The notes: generated from the sequence alone by a model not told the origin. Positions 20,394 to 29,829 are shown, counted from the first letter of the stretch. The stretch is DNA of 64,000 nt from Candidatus Latescibacterota bacterium (GCA_965215195.1 CBDCDC010000002.1:2336001-2400000), one strand, 5' to 3'. Program-made: numbers and translations.

Positions 20394-21575
20394 ATGGCCA
20401 CCAAACGCATCGCCGTCATCGCTACCATCTACCGCTACCTGTCGCACGCCCAGCACTTTGCCGACCGCTTCTTAGTCGGCTATCCCTACGGCGGCCGCTG
20501 GCACCGCCCCGACTGCAAAATCGCATCGCTCTACGTGGATCAGCAACCCGAAGGCGACCAAAGCCAAGACCGAGCGCGCGAATTCGGCTTTGCCGTGTAC
20601 CCCACCATTGCCGAGGCCCTGCGCGGCGGCGGCGACGAGCTGGCTTGCGACGCAGTGCTGATCATTGGCGAGCACGGCGAGTACCCCAAAAACAACAAAG
20701 GACAAGTTCTGTACCCGCGCTACGAGTTCTTCAAAGAATGCGTCAAGGTCTTTGAACAAGACGGCCGCACCGCGCCCATCTACAACGACAAGCACCTGTC
20801 CTACAGCTTTGACAAGGCGCAAGAGATGATCGCCGACGGGCACCGGCTCGGCTTCCCGATCTTGGCCGGTTCTTCCCTGCCGGTCACTTGGCGTCTGCCC
20901 GATGTCGAGCTGCCCTTGGGGTGCCCGATCGAAGAGGCCCTGATGATCGGCTGCGGCGGCTCCGATCCCATGGACTACCACGCGCTAGAGGCCATGCAGT
21001 GCATGATTGAGCGTCGCGGCGGCGGCGAGACTGGCGTCAAATCCGTGCAATTGATCGAAGGAGACGACGTGTGGAAAGCCGGCGAGGAAGGGCGCTATTC
21101 GCTAAGACTGCTCGAATCCGCCCTCTCGCGCAGCGACACCCCCTGCGGCAAAACCGACGAGGACGGCCGCACCCAAGACCTGCTCGGCAACGGCGAGTTG
21201 CCCCGGCTCGTCAAAGAGCCAGCCGCGTACTTTATCGAGCACAACGACGGCCTCGAGACGACCCTCCTAATGCTCAACGGCGCCATCCGCGACTACTGCT
21301 TCGCCTGCCAGCTCGCCGGCGAAGACGATCCCATCTCGACCCAATTTTTCTTGCCGCCGACGCCCAACGTCACGTATTCGGCCTGTCTGGTCGCCAAGAT
21401 CTGGGAAATGATCGAGACCGGCCGCGCCCCCTTTCCCGCCGAGCGCACCCTAATCGTCAGCGGCGCGCTCGAAAGCTGCCTGACCTCCAAAGTGGAGGGC
21501 CACAAGCGGCTCGCAACGCCTCATCTCAAGGTGGAGTACCAAGCGCCAGCCGCATCGCATCACGGCCGCTTCTAG
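20394..21575 (+). CDS. Conserved hypothetical oxidoreductase-like protein (paralog 2)
   Basis: Same motifs as 19080-20291 (SLYVDQ, IIGEHGEYP, YNDKHLS, LAGSSLPVTWR, MDYHALE). Confidence 0.75.
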   Translation: MATKRIAVIATIYRYLSHAQHFADRFLVGYPYGGRWHRPDCKIASLYVDQQPEGDQSQDRAREFGFAVYPTIAEALRGGGDELACDAVLIIGEHGEYPKNNKGQVLYPRYEFFKECVKVFEQDGRTAPIYNDKHLSYSFDKAQEMIADGHRLGFPILAGSSLPVTWRLPDVELPLGCPIEEALMIGCGGSDPMDYHALEAMQCMIERRGGGETGVKSVQLIEGDDVWKAGEEGRYSLRLLESALSRSDTPCGKTDEDGRTQDLLGNGELPRLVKEPAAYFIEHNDGLETTLLMLNGAIRDYCFACQLAGEDDPISTQFFLPPTPNVTYSACLVAKIWEMIETGRAPFPAERTLIVSGALESCLTSKVEGHKRLATPHLKVEYQAPAASHHGRF

Positions 21576-21791
21576 TCAGCGAAGTCAACGTGTTCATCAA
21601 TGGTTTCGCTTTGATACGCCGCACAATGCGATTCTTCCCGAAATAGCGAATGCCCATGCACGAGGCGTGTCGGTTGAAACCTTAGTCGAGCGCATACGCG
21701 ACTCGGTTACGACAAACTCACCTAGCTAGCCTTTGCAATGCTCTATCCGCCGACCGCACGGTCGGTACCTACAAACGAAAGGAAATATCCT

Positions 21792-22814
21792 ATGTCCACC
21801 ATCCCCACGCGCCCTTTGCGCACCGGCGTTGAGCTGAGCACACTCGGCTTTGGCGGTGCCCCTTTGGGCGAGCTTTTCGATCCGGTCAGCGAAACCCAAG
21901 CCCAAGACACCCTGCAAGCGGCTTGGAACGCCGGCATCCGCTACTACGACACCGCCCCGTTCTACGGCTACGGCAAAAGCGAGCACCGCCTCGGGCACTT
22001 TCTCCGCCAGCAGGAGCGCGGCGACTTCGTGCTCTCGACCAAAGTCGGCCGGGTGCTCACAGCCACCCGCGACCTCGATTCTTTTGCGAAGGGCTTCTGG
22101 ACCGGCGGCCTGCCCTTTGACTTCCGCTTTGACTACGGGTACGACGGCATCATGCGCTCGTGGGAAGACAGCTTGCAGCGGCTGAGCCTCAATTCCATTG
22201 ACCTGCTGTTGATCCACGACCTCGACAGCTTCTTCCACGACAGCGAGCAGCGCTTCTCCGCCCATCTCAACCGCCTAATCACCAGCGGCTGGCGCGCCCT
22301 CAACGAGCTGCGCTCCCACGGGCTGATCAAGGCCGTCGGCGCGGGTCTCAACCGCATGGGGGCCATGCCGCGCCTGCTCGACGGGGTTGATCTCGACTTC
22401 TGCATCGTCGCCATGCCCTATACGCTCTTGGACCAAGACTCCCTCGACGAGGAGTTCCCGCTCTGCCAAGAGCGCGACGTGCGCATTGTCATCGGCGCGG
22501 TCTTCGCTTCCGGCATCCTCGCCTCCGGCCCGGTCGAGGGTGCCCGCTATGCCTACGACACAGCCTCGCCCGAAATCCTCGCAAAGACCCGCCGCATCCA
22601 AGCCGTCTGCCAGCGGCACGACGTGCCCTTGCCGGCCGCCGCCATGCAGTTCCCGTTCGGGCATCCCCTCGTCGCGGCGATTATCCCGGGGGCGCAAACC
22701 CCGGCGCACATCGAGACCAACGCACAGTGGTTTCAGCACCCCATACCAACGGACCTGTGGGCCGAGCTAAAGGCCGAAGGGTTGCTGCGGGCAGACGCGC
22801 CGACTCCATCGTAG
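21792..22814 (+). CDS. Aldo/keto reductase (D-threo-aldose/L-fucose dehydrogenase-like)
   Basis: LGFGGAPLG, YYDTAPFYG.G.SE.RLG, STKVGR, FDYGYDGIMRS.EDSLQRL, IHDLD. Confidence 0.88.
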   Translation: MSTIPTRPLRTGVELSTLGFGGAPLGELFDPVSETQAQDTLQAAWNAGIRYYDTAPFYGYGKSEHRLGHFLRQQERGDFVLSTKVGRVLTATRDLDSFAKGFWTGGLPFDFRFDYGYDGIMRSWEDSLQRLSLNSIDLLLIHDLDSFFHDSEQRFSAHLNRLITSGWRALNELRSHGLIKAVGAGLNRMGAMPRLLDGVDLDFCIVAMPYTLLDQDSLDEEFPLCQERDVRIVIGAVFASGILASGPVEGARYAYDTASPEILAKTRRIQAVCQRHDVPLPAAAMQFPFGHPLVAAIIPGAQTPAHIETNAQWFQHPIPTDLWAELKAEGLLRADAPTPS

Positions 22815-22845
22815 AGGCCGCGGGCGATTCGCGAATCGCCCCTAC
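22811..22845. repeat. GTAG-type REP-like palindrome
   Basis: Perfect 20-bp palindrome gggcgattcgcgaatcgccc (22822-22841) followed by ctac. Confidence 0.55.
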
Positions 22846-22873
22846 GGAATCCCAAAGATAGAGGAGATTAAAG

Positions 22874-25800
22874 ATGAACCTTGCGGCCCTGAGCCAGCAA
22901 AAGGCATTTGATCACATCCTCGGACAGCACTACACGGTCTTTGACGGGCTGTCCGGGATGCACGTGGAAGACATCTACCAAGACCGCCGCGGTCTTCTCT
23001 GGATCGCCACGGCCGACGGCGGCGTAAGCCGGTTCGACGGAGCGCACTTTGACACTCTTGGCCTGTCGAATGGGCTGCCCCATCTCACGGTAATGACCAT
23101 TGCCGAGGACCAAGACGGGCGACTGCTGTTCGGTACGTTAGGCGGCGGGCTGGCCGCATACGACGGGAGCGGCTTTCAGGTGTACACCACCGAACACGGG
23201 CTACCTTCCAACGAGATCCTGAGCTTGCAACCTCAAGCCGATGGCTCGATACGGATGCTGACCGGCGCAGGGATAGGCCGGTTTGCTGATGGCCAGTGCG
23301 TAGAGCGCGTGACAGAAATTGCGGGTCATCCGCTAGGAGCGGTGTACGACATAGCGACCGACGCGGCGGGTACGACGTGGCTGGCGACGCGGGAGCGAGG
23401 GGTTCTTAGCCTAGATGGTCGGCGCATAAGCACAGACTCAGGCGATGGGGATGGCTCAATGCAGTGGCCTTGGAAATTCGCCCAAGGCCCCTCCGGGCCT
23501 CTTTGGATCGCCTTTCGCTACGTTGGCACCGAACCCGTTATAGGCTGCTATGATCCAGACAGCAAACAGCTCGAACTCATCAAGGCGGGCGACCAAGCCG
23601 AGGAGGCGGAGGTCATACAGCACGGTACGCGGCATGTGCGCTTGGACGATAGAGGCTTGCTGTGGATGACCCGCCGGGGCGTACTGGTGTACGACGGACA
23701 GGCCTGGCATCCATTCTCCACCCGCTTGCCCGATAGCCACTTTTCGGATACGCGGCTGACGTACGAGGACCGCGAGGGGAATATCTGGTTGGGGCTTTGG
23801 GGCGGCGGGCTGGTTTTTTGCGATCCGGTCAGCGTCCAGCTCTACACCCAAGCCGACGGCCTACCCGACTGCGAGGTCCAGTGTCTGGGCGAAGACCGCG
23901 CAGAGCGGCTATGGATCGGTACGATGAGGGGCCTAGCCTGCCGCGAAGCCGACCGGATTCGCCCAGTAGATCCAAGGCGGGCGGTCTCAACTCTGGTGGT
24001 AGATCGGCAGGGACAGGTCTGGAGCGGAAGCCCCGAAGGACAGGTATTCAAAGAGACGGGTGGAGAAGCCCAAGCGATTGAGGGGGCCGAGACGATCCAC
24101 GCCGAAGCAATCGCGGGGCTGTGGGAAGACCCAGCAGGGTGCCTTAACGTCTGCACGTCCGCGGGACGATGGGGACGAATCGAAGAAGACCGCTTTATGG
24201 CACTTGAGGAACGGTTGCCCCACGATTGCACGGTCATGCTGTCGGATGGAGCAGGAACCCTCTGGATCGGCCTTAATAGGAAATCATCGGCCCTCTGCTA
24301 CTACAAAGACGGCCATTTCCACACGCCTAATATGGCCGGCGTGGAAGACATTGCGGAGGTGAGTGCTTTGTGCGAGTACCAAGGCATCCTCTGGGTAGGG
24401 ACCGAGAACCACGGCCTGTTCGCCTTAGACCACGCTTCCGCGGAGGTCCGCCGGTTTACGGTGGATCAGGGGGCGCTGTCCGTCAATGGCATCTTAGCTC
24501 TGGTGAACGATCCGCAAGGCGGTATGTGGATTGGGACCAGCGGCGGGGGCGTCCTGAAGTACGATGGCCAGCTCTTCCACTGCATCCGGCTGGGACAGGG
24601 AGCGTTGGAAAATATCGTCGAGGCCATTCTGCGCGATAGCCAAGGCCGGCTGTGGTTCGGGACGCGGGCCGGTCTCATTGCTTATCAGCCCGGGCAGACG
24701 CCGCCTCGCATCCTAATCCGCCAAGTCGTGGCCGGGCGGACTTGGGACGAACCCCAAGCCGTGTCCTGCCCGGATAGCACCCCCGAGATTCAGTTTCACT
24801 TCCAAGGCATCAGTTTCAGGAGCGGGGCCGAGCAGATGCGCTACAGCCATCGGCTCGTCGGCCGCGGCCTAGCAGAAGAGTGGAGTGCGTTCACGTCCGC
24901 CAATAGGGCGACGTACCAAGACGTGCCGGCCGGCCTGTTCCACTTTGAGGTGCGGACCATAGATCGGGATGGCTTGATGTCGGACGTAGCTCGCCTAAAG
25001 GTGCGAGTGGTCCCCACTCATCTCCGGCGCTCGGAGCAAATGCTGCGAGTCTCGAATCAGGGTTTTCTCAGCCAAAGTCCGGCCATGGCACGGCTCCTCG
25101 ATAAGATCGAGTCAATGGCCGCAACGGACCTGACGGTGCTGGTGCTGGGCGAGACCGGGGTCGGCAAGGGAGTGCTGGCGCGGATTCTCCACAACCTCAG
25201 CCCGCGCCAAGCAAAACCCTTTATACCTGTCAATTGCGCGGGCCTGTCCCCCGGGGTGATCGAAAGCGAACTGTTCGGCCACGAAAAGGGGGCCTTTACC
25301 AGCGCGAATGCCCGAAAGATCGGCTACTTTGAACGGGCCAATGGCGGCACCTTGTTCCTCGACGAGGTGGGCGATTTGCCTTCAGAGTCCCAACGGGTCT
25401 TGCTCCACATCTTGGAGGAGGGCCACCTGACGCGCGTCGGCGGCGAGAAGTCCATCCCCGTAGATGTGCGAGTCGTTGCTGCGACCAACAAGGTTCTAGA
25501 AGAAGCCATTCAGGCGGGGGCGTTCCGCGAGGACCTGTTCTATCGGCTGAGCGTACTCTCGGCAGTACTGCCGCCCCTGCGGGAGCGTCAGGAGGATATT
25601 CCGCTCTTGGCCGCTCATTTTGCGAGCCGATGTGCCGAACAGCTAGGGCGGCCGACGCCGGTTTTGAGCGAGGCCGCGGTGGCACGTTTGCAGCAATATG
25701 CGTGGCCGGGGAATGTGCGCGAATTGGAGCATATAATTCAGCAGGCGGTCGTGTTGGGCGACAGGTACGTCATTCAGGTGGCCGATGTGCCGCTTCAGGC

Positions 25801-26017
25801 TACCGAAGCGGAGCCTGCCCTGCCTGTTGAACAAGGTTTCGACGGGGATGCTGAAGATGAGGACGAAAAGCAGCGCATTTTGGCGGCCCTCCAAGCCACG
25901 AAATGGCGGGTCTATGGCCCGCGGGGAGCGGCTCAGTTGTTGGACATGGGCCCGGAGAAGCTGCGGTATCGAATGCGCAAGCACGGGTTGCAACGGCCAA
26001 AGAAGCGGTCGCAGTAA
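22874..26017 (+). CDS. Sigma-54 enhancer-binding protein with N-terminal Reg_prop beta-propeller/YYY sensor domains
   Basis: Repeated I.ED..G.LW.GT..GGL blades; Walker [48 protein letters not shown], Fis-type HTH. Confidence 0.92.
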   Translation: MNLAALSQQKAFDHILGQHYTVFDGLSGMHVEDIYQDRRGLLWIATADGGVSRFDGAHFDTLGLSNGLPHLTVMTIAEDQDGRLLFGTLGGGLAAYDGSGFQVYTTEHGLPSNEILSLQPQADGSIRMLTGAGIGRFADGQCVERVTEIAGHPLGAVYDIATDAAGTTWLATRERGVLSLDGRRISTDSGDGDGSMQWPWKFAQGPSGPLWIAFRYVGTEPVIGCYDPDSKQLELIKAGDQAEEAEVIQHGTRHVRLDDRGLLWMTRRGVLVYDGQAWHPFSTRLPDSHFSDTRLTYEDREGNIWLGLWGGGLVFCDPVSVQLYTQADGLPDCEVQCLGEDRAERLWIGTMRGLACREADRIRPVDPRRAVSTLVVDRQGQVWSGSPEGQVFKETGGEAQAIEGAETIHAEAIAGLWEDPAGCLNVCTSAGRWGRIEEDRFMALEERLPHDCTVMLSDGAGTLWIGLNRKSSALCYYKDGHFHTPNMAGVEDIAEVSALCEYQGILWVGTENHGLFALDHASAEVRRFTVDQGALSVNGILALVNDPQGGMWIGTSGGGVLKYDGQLFHCIRLGQGALENIVEAILRDSQGRLWFGTRAGLIAYQPGQTPPRILIRQVVAGRTWDEPQAVSCPDSTPEIQFHFQGISFRSGAEQMRYSHRLVGRGLAEEWSAFTSANRATYQDVPAGLFHFEVRTIDRDGLMSDVARLKVRVVPTHLRRSEQMLRVSNQGFLSQSPAMARLLDKIESMAATDLTVLVLGETGVGKGVLARILHNLSPRQAKPFIPVNCAGLSPGVIESELFGHEKGAFTSANARKIGYFERANGGTLFLDEVGDLPSESQRVLLHILEEGHLTRVGGEKSIPVDVRVVAATNKVLEEAIQAGAFREDLFYRLSVLSAVLPPLRERQEDIPLLAAHFASRCAEQLGRPTPVLSEAAVARLQQYAWPGNVRELEHIIQQAVVLGDRYVIQVADVPLQATEAEPALPVEQGFDGDAEDEDEKQRILAALQATKWRVYGPRGAAQLLDMGPEKLRYRMRKHGLQRPKKRSQ

Positions 26018-26060
26018 AAGATCGCGGATTAGAGGGGGTGCGGCTAATCTGTAAAAAGTC

Positions 26061-26117
26061 GTGCAAAAGTTGTGCAAAAGTCGTTCATTTGAACGGAAAT
26101 ATGAACGACTTTTGCAC
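26061..26117. promoter_or_regulatory. Putative upstream activator sequence (enhancer)
   Basis: Perfect 17-bp inverted repeat gtgcaaaagtcgttcat (26072-26088) / atgaacgacttttgcac (26101-26117), plus an extra gtgcaaaagt half-site at 26061. Confidence 0.6.
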
Positions 26118-26250
26118 GGAAAATCGTAGATCGACTTGCAACGCCATCTAATGATTGCCTTGCAGAGAGGTATTTCTCGCGATCTAACACCTTGTTTTTC
26201 AATCCTTTAGGTTCGTCCTAAAGGACTTTTTTTGTGCCTGACCTGATCGT

Positions 26251-26266
26251 TGGCACACAACTTGCA
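26251..26266 (+). promoter_or_regulatory. Sigma-54 (-24/-12) promoter
   Basis: TGGCAC-acaac-TTGCA matches the consensus with correct spacing, 50 bp before the 26317 ATG and directly downstream of the activator gene. Confidence 0.88.
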
Positions 26267-26316
26267 TTATATCGTCGTTGAAGGCGAAACCTCCTCTACC
26301 ATGAGGCGTAACGGAT

Positions 26317-27435
26317 ATGGAAGCGCTACTCAATGATTTTGGCCGCGTGTTTGCGTTGGAGCTACTGATGGTCTGTGCTCTTACCATCTGCGGTTGCTAT
26401 ACGGTCTATACGGATATTCACTTCCGCCATATCCCCAATGGGGCGAGTTGGGGCCTAGTGGCCGTAGGGTTGGTCGGCCAAGGTTTATTCTGGCTGTGGG
26501 GAGCGGTCGAACTGGAGCAGGCCGGCCTCGTCTTTTTGGTCGGTTTTGCCGTTAGTTACGCCCTCTATATCTATGGATTCTGGGCGGCAGGCGACGCCAA
26601 ATTGTTTTGGGCTTTTGTCTTGGTGCTGCCGCCGACGTGCTTCTCTTCCCCTTCCCTTTCCTCGTTTAACGCGCCGATTTGGGCCCTGCTGCTCAACGCG
26701 TTCGTGCTCACCTGTTTTGTCTTGCTGGTCTTGTGGGCGATGTTGCGTCGAGGTCGGTCCGCGGAAGCCACGGTGGATTGGGACGCCTCGCAAGGGCTGT
26801 CTCTCGGCTTGGAGTTGGCCGGCCTGATCGGGCTGGTGCTGGGTTTGGGCTCCTTCCTGCTGGGAGAGGCAATGACCTTTGTCGAGGTCGTGGTCGCTGT
26901 CCTCGTACTCTATCTACTCGTTGACCGCTTCGTGCCCCGGCGTTACCGGCTGACCTTGGCCCTGCCCGGTCTGATCTTAGGCGGCTACACGGCCTTGGCA
27001 TCTGGAGACTGGCCGATCTATCTGGTGCTGTGGATCGTCTCTTGGGGGGCGTTCTTCCTCTACCATATCATCCGGCATCTAGCTCCTCGGTCCTTCGTAC
27101 AGGTGCTGCCCATTCAGGCGTTGCGCCAAGGCATGGTGCCGCGTCTGGCGATCTATGCGGCGGATAGAGGAGGGGCCTACCGTTGTGGCGCAGAAGTCGG
27201 GCAAGAGCAGGACGTGCTGTGTCATCCCGGCCGGCCGTTGACGAAGGGGCACGTGCGGACGTTGCACGAAAAATCGGCGGGCGGTGCTTTCGCGCCATTT
27301 GGCAATGAGTTGGCAGTGGAACTGGCCGTCCCATTCGCGCCGATAATCGCTGTCGCTGGGGTGTTGACGGTGGTCTTGGGCGGGAGTCTGATCCAACCAT
27401 TGATCCAGCTATTCTCGCCGTGGCTGCGGTCTTAG
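26317..27435 (+). CDS. A24-family prepilin/class III signal peptidase
   Basis: Catalytic Asp motifs YTDIHFRHIPN and GFWAAGDAKLF; C-terminal VPFAPIIA; polytopic membrane protein. Confidence 0.8.
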   Translation: MEALLNDFGRVFALELLMVCALTICGCYTVYTDIHFRHIPNGASWGLVAVGLVGQGLFWLWGAVELEQAGLVFLVGFAVSYALYIYGFWAAGDAKLFWAFVLVLPPTCFSSPSLSSFNAPIWALLLNAFVLTCFVLLVLWAMLRRGRSAEATVDWDASQGLSLGLELAGLIGLVLGLGSFLLGEAMTFVEVVVAVLVLYLLVDRFVPRRYRLTLALPGLILGGYTALASGDWPIYLVLWIVSWGAFFLYHIIRHLAPRSFVQVLPIQALRQGMVPRLAIYAADRGGAYRCGAEVGQEQDVLCHPGRPLTKGHVRTLHEKSAGGAFAPFGNELAVELAVPFAPIIAVAGVLTVVLGGSLIQPLIQLFSPWLRS

Positions 27436-27445
27436 GGGGCTAACG

Positions 27446-28063
27446 ATGAATCGGGATAGAAAAGACCCTGTGACGATGGCCTTTGGCGTCTTGTTGGTCG
27501 CCTTGCTGCCGACCTTTTTCCTGTTGGCGAGCCGCTATCAGTCGCTCGACGAGCGCATGCGGCAGTTGCAGCCGAAGCCCTTTGTACCCGCGCCTTCCCC
27601 GGAGGACCTGTTGGCGCAAGTAAGCCACGTCGTATCCGACAGTACGCTCCATCTCCAACCGGTCTGGGCTGCCGAGCCGGAACCGACTTCTGGCCTCGTG
27701 GCCGACTACCAAGTCATGCGCGGCGACGAGGCGGTCTATCGGCTGGTGCTGTTCCGCTACGACATCGCTTGTCGTGTGTGCCGGGACGTGCTGGCTGCCG
27801 CCCTGTACGAGGGCGACACACTGGCGCAGATCCTCCTGCTCGACGAGTGGGAGGTGCGCGGCGAGCGGGTGGATACGGCGCGTTTTTTGCGCCAATTCGC
27901 CGGTCGCTTGATGGCGGAGGAACTGGCGCTTGAGTCCAATGTCGATGGAATCAGCGGAGCCACGTTTTCAACCGGGGGCTTGGTCGAACAGCTCAACACA
28001 GCCGCGGCGTGGGTGCGGGAGCATCCGCTGGAGACGCCTGCAAGCGAGGAGAAACGACTGTGA
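27446..28063 (+). CDS. Membrane-anchored FMN-binding (flavinylation motif) protein with CxxC
   Basis: N-terminal TM helix; CRVC; FLRQFAG..VDGISGATFST, the FMN_bind signature. Confidence 0.75.
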   Translation: MNRDRKDPVTMAFGVLLVALLPTFFLLASRYQSLDERMRQLQPKPFVPAPSPEDLLAQVSHVVSDSTLHLQPVWAAEPEPTSGLVADYQVMRGDEAVYRLVLFRYDIACRVCRDVLAAALYEGDTLAQILLLDEWEVRGERVDTARFLRQFAGRLMAEELALESNVDGISGATFSTGGLVEQLNTAAAWVREHPLETPASEEKRL

Positions 28064-28599
28064 ACGCTCTCAGACCCACTCGCGGGGCTACGACCTTGAT
28101 TGTGGCCACGGGCGTCCTGTTGGGAGCCTGTACTTTCTTGGCGGCCAAGATCGTCAACCCCCCTCCCATTGATCCGCTCGATGTGGAGTTTTGGGATTTG
28201 CTGGGCACGCAAGCGGCTATACTGGAATTAGAAGATCTGGCGGGCACGGGCACGGTTTCTAACGCGCAGTTTGTGAACCAGCCCTATTTGATCATTTTCG
28301 CCGACTCTGAATGCAGTGCCTGCGAGAGCATCTATCCCCACCTGCTGCGCGCCTCGCAGGTACAGGGGGTGAATGTCCTGTTGATTGCCTCGGGCGACCG
28401 GCCGGCGATGCACGACAAAATGGAGGAACACAGTTTTGCGTTCCCCGTCGCCTTTGATTCCCTGTTGACGGCGAATGCGCCCTTTGAAGTAAAGGCTTTT
28501 CCGGCCTCCGTATTGGTGGATGCCGAAGGCAACATTGCCAAAGCCGCTACCGGTGACCAGACCGCCATAGCCGTAATACGCTTGGCTGGAAGGTCCTGA
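28060..28599 (+). CDS. TlpA/MauD-like thioredoxin-fold protein
   Basis: GTGA-coupled start; N-terminal anchor; FADSECSAC; FPVAFD; cis-Pro loop AFPASVLVDAEG. Confidence 0.8.
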   Translation: MNALRPTRGATTLIVATGVLLGACTFLAAKIVNPPPIDPLDVEFWDLLGTQAAILELEDLAGTGTVSNAQFVNQPYLIIFADSECSACESIYPHLLRASQVQGVNVLLIASGDRPAMHDKMEEHSFAFPVAFDSLLTANAPFEVKAFPASVLVDAEGNIAKAATGDQTAIAVIRLAGRS

Positions 28600-28614
28600 A
28601 AGGATGAATGCACC

Positions 28615-29181
28615 ATGCAATATGTAACGCTCTTGCGTCGTCCGGTGGTGTGGACGGTGATGGCCTGTGCCGCAGTCGTGCTCTTTTTGGCGTTGCGTCC
28701 CTCTTCGTCGGCCATCTCGCCCGTGGTCTGGACCGAGCCATCGGCCAACCCTCTGTCCAAGGTGCTGCGATCGGGGGATGCTGCGCCGGACTTCGCGCTG
28801 CCGGCCGTGCAGGGTGGCGTTGTAGCATTGAGTGCGTTGCAGGGAAAGTCCGCCCTGCTCGCCTTTGTTACGGCGGAATGTCCCTATTGTCAGAAATTAA
28901 ACAAGGAACTCGAAGCCTTTGAACTGAACGCGGATCAACAACTCGTGTTCATCTGCACCGGGGAGGAGGGGGCGCGGAAGATTAGCGAGACCTATTCCTT
29001 TACGTACCCGGTGTTAATTGACTCGGCTGGCGCAGTCTCACAGGCGTACAAGACCCCCGGGGTGCCTACGGTGTATCAGATCGATACCGAGGGGACGGTG
29101 GTGGACTTCGTGTTGGGGTGGCCGCCGGCTTGGGAGTTTGTGCGGGGTTTTGGCCGCGCCCAGCCGAGCGAAGGCTCTTGA
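28615..29181 (+). CDS. TlpA/ResA-like thioredoxin-fold protein
   Basis: N-terminal anchor; GDAAPDFALP; ECPYC; YPVLID; GVPTVYQID..G. Confidence 0.85.
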   Translation: MQYVTLLRRPVVWTVMACAAVVLFLALRPSSSAISPVVWTEPSANPLSKVLRSGDAAPDFALPAVQGGVVALSALQGKSALLAFVTAECPYCQKLNKELEAFELNADQQLVFICTGEEGARKISETYSFTYPVLIDSAGAVSQAYKTPGVPTVYQIDTEGTVVDFVLGWPPAWEFVRGFGRAQPSEGS

Positions 29182-29204
29182 GGTAATTAGCTCAATGACC
29201 ACTA

Positions 29205-29312
29205 CGGCCCAGAAAGGAGGTGTATCCCGTGCTCGCAGGTTTGATGCCAAGTCAGCGACCACAACGGTTCGCTGATCCTTTTCCGACCCTTTTGAGGAGA
29301 AATGCATTATGA
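29205..29312 (+). promoter_or_regulatory. Conserved cassette leader: SD, 27-codon uORF and hairpin (copies at ~32042, ~34889; decayed at ~53226, ~55505)
   Basis: AGAAAGGAGGTG then GTG ORF VLAGLMPSQRPQRFADPFPTLLRRNAL* (29229-29312), whose TGA overlaps the peptide ATG; hairpin 29252-29275. Confidence 0.6.
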
Positions 29313-29635
29313 AGTCCTTAACGTTTGTTTTCGAGGCGACGCTGCTGGCCCCGCTGGTGGAGTTCGCCACGTCGACCAGCGGCCACGTTGAGCCGCGTCA
29401 GGGCTTGGCCTTGGGGTGGTTGGGCAGCGTGGTGGCCGGGCTGGCGGTGGTGTTCGGCACGGCCGACCAGGCGCAGGCCGATCCCTGCAACGAAGGCTGG
29501 CACTGCTCCAACGATATGTGCGACTGGGATCACCATGGAAACCCCATAGCGGCGTATGACAAGAAATGGGTTCACCATCCTAATGACCCCCCTGGATGCG
29601 TAAGCACGGCAAGGGCCTGTACCTGTCCTCCGTAA
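29309..29635 (+). CDS. Secreted 6-Cys peptide precursor 1
   Basis: RBS GAGGAG; 57-aa leader ending AQA; core DPCNEGWHCSNDMCDWDHHGNPIAAYDKKWVHHPNDPPGCVSTARACTCPP. Confidence 0.85.
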   Translation: MKSLTFVFEATLLAPLVEFATSTSGHVEPRQGLALGWLGSVVAGLAVVFGTADQAQADPCNEGWHCSNDMCDWDHHGNPIAAYDKKWVHHPNDPPGCVSTARACTCPP

Positions 29636-29703
29636 TCTACCATCCGGATATATCGCGGCTGTCCAAATAGGAGGATGGTTCTGCGGTAAGTGCTGAGAGG
29701 TAT

Positions 29704-29742
29704 AGCCCCTGTGGCACTCTAGGGCCGGGTGCCACAGGGGCT
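29704..29742 (+). terminator. Conserved strong hairpin between the peptide and FG-GAP genes (copies 32539-32569, 35395-35423, ~37711-37734)
   Basis: agcccctgtggcac...gtgccacaggggct; the outer stem co-varies between copies; no clear U-tract, so it may be a stabiliser or partial terminator. Confidence 0.5.
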
Positions 29743-29829
29743 GGTTATCCTCTGGTCTGCGGAGTCTGTCGTATCATAGAGGTAGAGCATTCGCTCGACT
29801 AACATTCTTCCCCATGCTGGAGGTGCATT

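Noticed and set aside
21576-21730. Possible decayed CopG/BrnA-like antitoxin fragment (AHARGVSVETLV)
   Set aside because: Short, interrupted by a stop and lacking a start; too weak to call
26317-29635. Standard Tad/type IV pilus operon
   Set aside because: Only the peptidase is present; no ATPase, secretin, TadB/C or pilin with Glu+5 in the window
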